From Adineta vaga (lineage: Eukaryota > Animalia > Rotifera): a stretch of DNA of 64,000 nt. The stretch's first letter is position 1; every line of letters starts with the position of its first letter. Location: positions 2,728,001-2,792,000 of the forward strand of contig CP075496.1 of assembly GCA_021613535.1 (NCBI GenBank), written 5' to 3'. Below the pieces are notes generated by a model. It did no database searches. It was not told the origin of the DNA and worked only from the letters and a program-made list of their open reading frames with translations. The translations under genes and the position numbers were made by a program. Shown here in pieces: positions 1 to 10,600 of this stretch.

Positions 1-114
1 AAAGAAACATCAAGAGTAAAACTTGAACACTATTAAAGCTTGATCTTGGTCTTAAACACCCCTACTATTGCCAATGGTTCTTCTTTTTTGAATTTGTCCT
101 CAGTAGAAATCAAG

Positions 115-1390
115 CACCTTAGGTACCAATATGGTTTTATACAATTCTACTCGTACCCACACCCGACACTGCACTTTAGTCTTTATATTAACTTCAAAAG
201 ACGCTTTTTCATTCAAAGATAGTTTGTCTTTGAGTCCTTCTTTCGGATTCAAAAGCACTTCGCCAGTTGCATCGGTAGATAAGAGATATGAATGTCACCT
301 TTCATACAGTAATAGACAAGTCGTTGACTAAGTTATCTCTATGGGGTGGAGTAGGGAGAGCACACCGTTCTAGTTGCCATTAACACAATAGCGGTTTTTT
401 GTTATTTATTTTTGATTTTCCAGGTCGATAAACCACGACAATGCAACTTCGATTATCATAGCCGTTTTATTGACCGCGTCAACAACAGGCAGATTAAGTT
501 TATCATGACGTATGTTAGTCCACATTTGTACGGGTTGATTCCAGTACAGCTTAGTAATATCATTTTCTTGTAAAGAGTCAACTTTTTGTATGTAATGAGG
601 CGGCGGTGGATCGTACTTCTTGCATACTATATAATATAAATCTCTTGCTACGGAGTCATGTCGATCTATATAAAAAGTTGGTAGCCATTTTGGGGCGGCA
701 CGAGATGACATGCTCTATAGTTTCCATGAAACCGTCACACATTCCACATTGGATAGTGTTTTCCTTGTCACAAAAAGCTGGATGAGGTCTTGTGATGAGA
801 TATCCTTCTTGTGCAGCTAGTACATTTCTTACTCCAACGGTAGAGATCGATCATACTTGCAACCATAGAAAGGAAGCGTTCATGTTGATATTTTGTGTTG
901 TGTGTAGAACACGTTCGGAGATATCTAGATTGTTCCATTTATCGAGAAGTCTGTTGGTGTTGACATTTCAAAGTAACTTGATCATGTTTTGGACCACGTT
1001 TTCAGCGCTTCTGAATTGAAAACCATCTACTATGCCTGTAGAAGTTTTTAGATCAGATTCAGTATTTATATTTTAGGATCTTAAAACAGCTCGCACGTCA
1101 CTAATAGTATTTGGTTTTCCTCTGTTGGCTGTATTTTTGAATACGGTATAATGAAGGCTTCATATAATTTCTCATACATAAATAAGCCCATGTGTATATG
1201 GATATTTCCTCGATTAAATCGTATACCGATTTTAGGTCGCACTCACCTTTTTTAAGTCGTCAGGTAGAAGCGAGATCTGGCGTTAGCTTTATACTTGGCT
1301 TTTCCTTCGATGAGCATTCTTCGAATTTTTTGTCAAATTGTTCTACTTCAGTAAGTTGCGTGTCGTATTCAATACTACCTTTCATTAAAT
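115..1390 (-). mobile_element. 5'-truncated, decayed non-LTR retrotransposon of the RLE group (R4/NeSL/R2-like): RT thumb, CCHC knuckle, restriction-like endonuclease
   Basis: Manual minus-strand translation across stops and frameshifts gives, in order: FDKKIRRML..SRFYLTT*KGECDL (cf. thumb motif RLYLPRKEGGRGL), ASFLWL..LAAQEG, CGMCDGFMETIEHVISC, YIDRHDSVA..LYWNQPV..IIEVA (ORF 406-711), ATGEV and GTSRIV. Several in-frame stops are present. Ends are approximate. Confidence 0.85.
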
Positions 1391-3499
1391 TAACACTAAC
1401 ATAAATCAACGAAAAAAAGAAAAGAAATGAGCAAAACAGTAAAACACAACAAAAAAAGAAAATGGGGAGGGTGGCACGTATAAAATTCGGATACTACTAA
1501 GATTTACCTTTGATTTTCCCAAAAGACGTTTATTGGACGATTGAGTGCGTTCCGTGACGGCATGAGAGTTGATCGTCGCACCGTCATCTCTTATAGTATT
1601 TACATTGCTGGAAGTTTTCAGATCTGTATCTAATGGTCGTGACGCAGCAACAAAGTTGACCAGCAAATTTCGCTTGCTACGATCGTTTATTGTATAGAAT
1701 GAGACACTACGTGAAAGTAGGCTACTTACCTCGCGTAAACATGTCATTATTTAGTTAGCAAGGCATTTAATTATCTATTAAAACTTTCTTGTATTTATAC
1801 AGTCAATAAGTAAGACTGTATGATGACTGACCGGAATTGTGATGACATCTACAGAGATATAAGAGAAAAACAGAAGATTTTGTTGTAAAAAACCCTTATC
1901 CCCAGGCTAAGCTATTTTTATCGTCCACCAGAGGCACAAAATTTCCAATTGAATTTATTTCCAGTACCTGTCTTCTTCAAATCCACATTGGTCATTATTA
2001 TTTGTATCACGATCACTTCGTTGCTCATCGTTTGTCTTATTTTTACATTACGTTTGACCAGCTAATATTCGAATACCCATGTAGAATAAGAAGTAAACAA
2101 ATATCATTCAAGAGTATTTCCAATATTCATCTAATGAAGAGCAATAACTGTTTCTACTGTTTTCCACCTTTTCAATGGATTTTTAGTATATTATTTGGAT
2201 TTTCAAGAGAGTTTAATATTACTTTTATTATAGTAGTTAGTAGTAATTTTCAGAAAAATGGATTTTTTTCATTGAATTTTTGATCAAGAAAAAGCATTAT
2301 GTATTTAAAAGTATAATAATATTTACTTAGAAACATTTGTTATTTAACACTTTTCCTCGCGATAGGCCAATTTTTTATATTCTTTATTTGTATGCTTTTT
2401 GCTCAAAACTTACATGAGCATTTACTCGATCATTAACTATGTATATTTTATTGGCGGCTGTCCTACAGCGTGTGTTACCGTATGATTGGTAATCATACCA
2501 GTAGATATTCAAAAATCTATGATAAATGACTATGATGTGGTAGAAGTGGAGTGGCGAAAGCTGATTTTATCATAATATGGTACCACTGCATACCAGTTGA
2601 GTCACAGTTTGTCATACGATATACCTATATTTTAACAAAAGATGCTATTACGACTTCTAAAATGGCTTTCATACTTATTGGAAGCAGGTGTGAACACTCT
2701 GAACATGTACCATTGTTCTGTAAAAGATAGTACACGCAAAGAGATTTTATTCAATCGTGCTGATTCGATGATTCAGCACTATTCTTCCGTAATTCTAGGT
2801 GATTATCTTTTCTCATCTACTTGTGGCAGTTTAGAAGCCAAAAATAAATTGTAGTGAGTAGTATAGAGATCGTCTTCTCGACTTACATGATAACCAGCTG
2901 TATAGTGCTGTCATAGGTAATCTATCCGAGTCATTTCAAACATTACTATCAGAGATGGGCAACTTAAACTCCGTAGTTTGACGCTTTTTTACTTGGAAAT
3001 GGAATGGCTTATCACCGGAGTTGTCCGTCTCTGATTAATATACCTATAAACACTAGAGAAGAAGCTACTTTATTCAATCTAAGGATATTTTATGAGTAAG
3101 ACGAATGCTGTGTTGTGGATAGTCCACCACTAACTATTTCCATTGATTTTCACTCAACTAACGCCGAAGAGAAATTTCTGAAAAAAACCTCGAATGTCTT
3201 AAATTGCAAAAATTGAGTGTCGAAAGAGATCACATATATTTTCAGGTCTACCAATCGAGAAACTTGTCTTCGTTCCGATCCGTCCGGTGCTGTGAACTGT
3301 ACATTTATGCATCGTTTTTTCATTTCGATGCTATTATATATCGTCTATGACATAATATCCTTTTATTTAAATTTTATACACAAGGATGTGGGTGCATCTT
3401 CTCTAACCACCCTCATCCGTATCCTTATAGTTTATATCGGTTTGATTCATAATGCCTATTTGTGGTATGTATTCAAATGATTGACATGATAGTTCAAAG

Positions 3500-5190
3500 A
3501 AAAAATGCTATTTTTCTAGCTATAGATTATGATTTCAGTAAATGAGTGAATCATAGGTTTCTCGTACAATTGACTAAAACAATGAGAGTGCTCTCAAAGA
3601 AAATCCAATTTGTACATTTTGTTCCTTATCACTCAGCGAATCTGTAGTAAAAGTTTCCGCGCTACCAGACACGTCCTTGTCAAGATATTCGAACATCAAG
3701 TTTGGATTTTCAACAAAAACCTTTTTAAGAGAAACTGCTCCGAATATGCGGATCAGTGTGAAGCTAGCATCATTTAGCTAGCACCACGAAACTAAGAATT
3801 TTATGAAAATGAATTCCCGCTGATAACAATGAGTCTATTCGATGCAGAATCTAATTCTGAGTCGAATGGTGATATTTCTATTCACGGGAAAACGATAGGA
3901 AAAAAGCTTTCTTTGATCTTTATTTGTCTTCTATACATGTATATGGGTCATTATACGACATTCGACATGCAATTTCTCTGCCCAGAATGAACTTCCGCCC
4001 ATGGAAAAGAGTCTGTTCCACTCAGAATTAAATTCTGCATCGAATAGACTCATTGTTATCGACGGGAATTCATTTTCACAAAATTCTTAGTATCGTGGTG
4101 CTAGCTTCACACTGATAATATGCGGTGAAAGCTGACGTATGATGCATCATTAGATAGATCTGAGGTAGTGTAATCTAATGGTACTCACAGCAATCGAAGT
4201 GCATGAGAACGGAGAAACCCGAAAAAATGTCCAAATACGCATTTTTCAAAGAGAGCGTTTTAATTAAGACTTTAGCCCCCAAACCTGATAATCTACCAAA
4301 AATAGCTTCCAAATAGCTCAGAAAGAAATGAATCAGAAGGTCTTTGATAGTGACGATTGCTATCGAAATCAGCTCAAAAATATATAAGCAAAAAATTGGA
4401 TTCACAAAAAAGAACTAGGTCTACATTTTGAGGTATATCGTAAAACTCATCCTAAAAGTAAGCGAAACAAAGAACTAGTTGATGGTATTCTTCTTCAGTT
4501 TTTCACGCTGCATCTTTCTATGGCAGTCCGACTAGTTCTCTTTCAGTAATTGAGGAATAAAAGACAAAACAATTCTGAAAAACTTCGTCCACAGTTAGCA
4601 TGTAATTAAGGCTTTTTGTTCTGGCCTAATTAAAAAAAGTTTACCACAACTATTTTTAGATAGTTTCGTAGTTTTTTTTACGCTCCATCTTCTACTGGCT
4701 TTGATTTTTTAAAGTATGTTCCTTGTCCCCTCTAGAGTCGTTTTAAACTGAGTCTACACTTTGTCTGTAAATCTGTTTTCGTAAAATAGAATAAAAAAAA
4801 TAAACAAATAAACAAAAGTGAGCCGCGTGAATGGATAGAGAATTAAATTCTGCGCAAAACTTGATATTCGTCTATTTTATCATTCTTCTTTCGTTACTTC
4901 AAAAACTTTGTTTTCATCGGTAACTCATCGAAAAAAATGTTTTTTTTACTTGTATCTCTTATATCTCAGTCGGACGATGAGTTATGGAATTGAAATTTTT
5001 TGTGATAGTGGGAGATACATTAAGGAATCTTAGGGAAAAAATCTAAGATCGCACTATGGAAACTGGAATTACAGGGGAAAAGGTTAAAAAAATGTAATTA
5101 TACAATAAAGTTATGATTCACTATCATTTATAGAAGAAATCGGTGACTTGATTATTCAGCAGAGAGATAGATAAAGTTTTTTCGAAGAAT
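3500..5190. repeat. Older, degenerate inverted-repeat element that hosts the MITE
   Basis: TAAATGAGTGAATCATAGGTTT..TACATTTTTGTTCCTT..TGTAGTAAAAGTTTCC (~3539-3658) resembles the reverse complement of ~5058-5131 (TAAATGATAGTGAATCATAACTTT..TACATTTTTTAACCTT..TGTAATTCCAGTTTCC). Boundaries are unclear. Confidence 0.45.
3752..4116. mobile_element. 365-bp MITE with ~100-bp terminal inverted repeats and a 9-bp TSD (Mutator-like signature)
   Basis: Left arm ATCAGTGTGAAGCTAGCA..AATCTAATTCTGAG (3752-3861) matches the reverse complement of 4021-4116. Identical AATATGCGG flanks at 3743-3751 and 4117-4125. No ORF. Confidence 0.9.
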
Positions 5191-5548
5191 GATATTTTAA
5201 ATAGAAAAATGCAATATGTCTTTGTGCATTTATCAATATTTTTGTTTTCGTTGTTGTCAGATTAGCGACATAGTTGGTTGGAATCGAGATTTCATTAAGA
5301 AATCGCCTGTATGAGTATAAAGAGTTTAGTTTGACACTTGTGATCATGATCTGATCGTGAAATTTAGATTGCTTTAGTTTTTCAAAGAGAAAATTGAATA
5401 TTTCCCTCCTTTTATTGAGATTAATAGTGAATATTATGCATCATTCATCATCAGTAGAGATCTTACTTTTTTTTATTAAAGTATCAAAGACAACAAATGA
5501 AAATATTTCTTCAAAACAAATAACAACAAAAAAGAACATTAATCAATT

Positions 5549-7413
5549 TCATTTCGTTGTTGAAGAATTCATTTGTTCAAAAAGTTTCAGTTGTTTATTT
5601 TTTTCATTTTTTAAACTTCCTAAATTTGATTCATATTTTCTTTTTTTGCTGAATCCACGTGTTTGTCGTTCTTCATCGGGTGCTGCACGTTCCGAAAATT
5701 GACCCATACTAGCGTCAGAATATTTCGCTGTTGCCAAAGCTTTTTTCACCTGAAATACACGTAAGATAACTAGTAAAAGTTTTTCGAAAATGATATCTCA
5801 ACTTACATCATTGGTTGATGATTTCTTATTGATGATGGCACCGTCATTTCGAACTAAAATAGAATGATTCAACGATTTGTAAAAAGTTATTTTAATAATT
5901 ATTTGTTAGTAGTCTGTGATTGGTTACGTATAGCATTTTTTCGGAAAGATATTCAATTCTTCATTTTCGATTCACTCTGGTATCTTCTGATGAATATATA
6001 TTTTATAATATGGTTAAACCGTAACTTCTCTCATCAAAATGATACTGTTTTTAATTCCATGAAATTTCTAAATCTTGGATTATTTTAATGTAACTGATGG
6101 ATAACTTTTTTGTGATATAGAATCGAACATATTATAAATCATTCTCATAAAGTCAACTTCAAAAACACTTTCAAATATTAGTTTTCATCCGATTCTGCTT
6201 TGAAAAAAATTGTTTTTTAGCAAGGATCACAGAGAGTTTATCTATTTTTCTTCGTCTTTAAATAGAATGAGTATCTCATTCATTTAAATTTCAAAATAAA
6301 TACATATGTTACTAGTCAAGAATTATTCGAAAGATTAGTATTTCGTTATGTAGTTTAAATTCAATATACAATAAATAGATAGATCTATTTATTACAATTA
6401 AGTTAATATTTCTTATTTACCGTTGACTTTATTTGCACGAGCAATATTTTTTAAACGTTGAAATTCATTTTTTGCTACACGTTCTTTCTTCGCTGTTAAT
6501 CGCTTAGCGAATTGATCTTCATTTGGATCTGAAAAGAAAACACCAAATGGAGAAATTTTCAACAACTTTATCTATGAATATACCTGTACTAGTTGGTACT
6601 TCAATAAGCCATGGTTTCGTATCGTCATTGGCTTTTTTATAGCCATAACGACGACCCCATTCTTTTTTAGCTTCATCCCAAACAAATTTGCTTTTCTTCT
6701 TCTTCACAATACCTTTACTTTGAGCAAATTTTTGCCATTTACTTAAAGGTTTTGGTTTCGGAAGCTGAATTAAATAAAAACGATTATTTATAATGGTAAA
6801 TTAAATCATTACTAACTGGTTTTTCTCGAGGCACAACCGTTTTTGGTTCTGGTAATTTAGCAACGACAGCATTGTCATGTCGTTCAATGGGTACCTGCAA
6901 TAACAAGTAGAATCTCTATATGAAATATTCAAAATGACATACCTGCCACAAAGCATTGATGAATAATTGCATATTATCACGCATTGTATTTTTAATATAT
7001 TCTTCTCGATTTTTTCTAAATAAATAAAAAATATCAATTAAAAGAATGATTTTCTACATGTCACAATAGAAGTGACAGATAAACATTAAGAGATAATGAA
7101 GATGAATGATATCTTGGCACAGTTAATAAATTATTGACGAGTACTTTCTGTAGTTTTGCTTTCATTTCAAATGAATCGAAATTTGACAGAATAAAATAAT
7201 TAGGAGGACATCTAGTAATCCATATATTCGTTTTGATGTTATTAATACATACTTATATGCTTGTTGATCCACTACATTAGAATCCCAAACAAGTAAGTTA
7301 CCAAGATCGACATCAACTGGACATGGTTTTATAACTTCAGTTGATTTTAATATTCTATCTTGTTCATCGACATCTCGTTGAAGAATAGTTTTAACAAGAT
7401 CGTTTGAGGTCAT
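5549..7413 (-). CDS. RRS1: Ribosome biogenesis regulatory protein RRS1 (about 7 exons)
   Basis: Spliced exons read MTSNDLVK..VDLGNLLVWD / MRDNMQLFINALWQ / VVAKLPEPKTVVPREKP / LPKPKPLSKWQKFA..VWDEAKKEWGRRYGYKKAND / ATAKYSDASMGQF. These are RRS1 family motifs. Confidence 0.93.
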
Positions 7414-7650
7414 GATTGAAAATCTGAAAAAAAATATATGAAAGTTGTTGTGTTTTACTTCATTGCTTGTAACTTTCATAACTTTTTCTTTATCCTATAC
7501 AAAATATAACAACGAATGAACAAAAAGATCTAGCGAATATCATGCTCAACACATTATAACATGTGCTTCGTATACAACGTCATACACTTAAACATTAACA
7601 TAAATGTAGAAATTTATCAATGACAAAAACTCGATTTGTTTTCCTATTTC

Positions 7651-10600
7651 TTATAACCATGGATAATGGAGTGGGTTTAGACGCGACAGTTGATTGATAT
7701 CTGTAGAGGTTTCGATAAGCTGAGACACTAATTTTCTTGATACATCGAAATCCATAAATTCTAAATGGAAAAAAATATTAATCAAATAGGATAAGAGTTT
7801 TTACGTAAACATACGAGTCAACTTTGATTCTAATTGATATGCTCTTTTTTCGACCAATTCAATACATTCTTTTTGCGTCAATTCAGGAGCTAAATAAAAC
7901 GAATAGAAAATTATTGAAATAATTAAATTAACTATGACAAGTTCTTAAAATCGCGCAAATGTTGGATGTATGTGTCATCGATATTTTCATTTTTCATGCT
8001 GATTTGGTTTTAATGTCAAAATTATATTCAATTATAAATACTAGGAACTAGATTATTTTTATAAGATATTCCATCAAACTTACCTTTATATGTATATCTT
8101 CCTTATAGAAAATCTTCAAATATTCAACTATTTGATATTTAGGTTGCGCTAATGATGTTAATGTTGCTAAAACTGTTGCTGTTAGTGGTCCCATTTTTCC
8201 AAATTGATTTATGAATGTATTGATATTTGGTGTCAAATAAATCTTTTCATCTTTTCTATTTAAATCGTCTTCTAATCTCAGATATAATGGATTGATATTT
8301 CCGATTGAACATTGAATATTTAACTGATTATTTGTATACATATAAAAACCAAATAGATAATTTAACGTTGAATAAAAACTTAATGATATTGTAAAAATTT
8401 TTCGAAATGAAAAATATTCCGTTGCAGTTCGGTGTTCATTTAATGTCCATTGTTGTAATAATTGTCTATTTGGAAAATATTCATTTTGTATTACTTGATA
8501 AACATTTAATAAATTTTCAGTATTATCATCAATTAATTCATAATATTTTCTTATTGGTATCATTGATCGATCATTATATATGTCAATTAAATTAATTACT
8601 GAACGATTATCTTCAATTAATCGTAATGATGGTAAATATGTACATAAATGTGGAAAGAATATTTGCATATGTCTTTTTAATAATTCTTTTTCTTTTCGTA
8701 TACATATATTATTGATCATTTTAAAAAATTGTAATGTATTTTCTTCTAATTCCCATTGTAGATTAAGTTTATCAATTGATATCGTTTGATAATTATTTGA
8801 TAAGAGATAATACATCATTTTACCATTATGGGCACGAATTGTTAAACGATTAAAATAACGTTCATGTTTGTAAATACGTTCAATTGTTGGAAAGAATTTA
8901 TTGATTCGGAAAAAGAAATTTGCTTCAGGAGCATGCCATAATTCTCCAGGCATATTAATATCATTAGTTATTTGAGAATTAAATGATAATAAATGTAAGT
9001 ATTTCGTTGGATTTAAATATTTTATACGTGCTTCTGTTTGTTCAATACGACGTTCAACTAAACTTATCCATTTACCAATCAAACCAATAAATGATCGAGA
9101 TATATAAGTATTATTTAATACACTAGAAAACAAAAGAGATATTTTCTATTTATCAATAAATTATGTTTCTATAAAATAATTTTCTTTGTATATAGAATGT
9201 TATATCATCAAATAATACACGATTGTGAAATGCGAAAATATCGCAACGAAGAAATGTATACAATAAGAAATCTTTCTTCTATAGTAGTTCTTATTAGAAA
9301 ATTCACTTTTATTCAATAATCGATAATGATAGAAGAACTTTGATTATATAAAACTTACCTTTGATCAAAATCATTCCAAAATTGTATTTTGAATTGTTTT
9401 AATTGATCAAATTCTTTTTCATCATTATTTAAAATGTCTTTTAAATGTTGAATAATTAATTTGACATCATTGGATAAATTTTTTTTATTTTCATATAAAT
9501 CTTGATAAATTTTCCTTTGACATTCATATAAACGTTTACTCATATATTCAAGAAATGTTTCATTAATTGTATTTAATTGTTCAATAAGAATATCTAATGT
9601 GCGTACAATTGTTGGATTTTGTTCGAGTAAAATTTGTTCTAAACGATTCAAATTATTAATAGCTTGTTGTCGATAGGATATTATTGGTAAATTTAAACTA
9701 TTTTCAATTGTTGGTGTTGTTGGTGTCAATGGTATTTGTTTTTCTTCTTGATTATTTTCAATTAATTTTCTCAAATGTTTCTTTATTTGAATATAAACAG
9801 CTTGAGGATATAAACGTATCAATTCATTCAATAGAGTAAACATACATTGACTCGATTCATTACGAATTAATTTATTTAAAATTTCTGGTAACCAGAAAAG
9901 CCAATGTTGAGCTGGTATTAAAGATAGATAACGTTCAATACATGTTGATAGTTTATTATTATTTTCATTTTCATTATCACGTGAAAGTAGATAGAAAATT
10001 TTCGATAATATTGAACGAGCTTTAATTTCATTTAAATCTTTACAAGCATTTAAATAACAAACAATAATAGCTTCATCATCATGATGAATAGATGATTGTT
10101 TTAAAAGAAAATCTCCCCAATTGATCCATGTTCGAGTTAAATTTGAATCTGATAATTGTGCTGAACAACTGAACAATTTTTGTGCTTCATCGTTAAGATC
10201 TAATTTCGAATAAGCAACTGCTTTCAAAGAATAGAATTCACTCATCATATCTTTATTGAAATATTTGGTATTAGCTTGTTCAATAAGATCAAATATATCT
10301 TGAACTTCCGTGGTCGATAATGTTGGAAGTAATATTAAATAACATTTGATTATTTGTTTGATTTTTTGAAAACTATCAACAACTGGTACACTTGGTATAA
10401 CAGTACCAATTCTAAAACAATAAATAGAATATGAATTATTTTGCTAATCAATGATTTTCTTTTCAATGATATTTACCTTGAAAGAATTTCCATACAAATA
10501 TTTGGCATATGATGTTTTCGTGCAATTTTTCCTAATTGAGTAATTGATTGTGCAATTGCATGAATACCAAGTAGAACTTGACCCGTATTTGTATTCGTAT

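Noticed and set aside
2479-2497. Hairpin GTATGATT-GGT-AATCATAC as a Helitron 3' end
   Set aside because: AT-rich, not followed by a properly spaced CTRR, and no matching 5' end was found.
1406-3480. Short ORFs (70-113 aa) in the TE block
   Set aside because: No recognisable motifs or consistent splice structure; compatible with chance ORFs in decayed repeats.
7016-7252. Possible H/ACA snoRNA in RRS1 intron 1 (TGTCAC..GTGACA hairpin, ACA, H-box-like AAAGTA)
   Set aside because: These boxes are common in AT-rich DNA and I could not build the two-hairpin fold. An Infernal/snoReport search would be needed.
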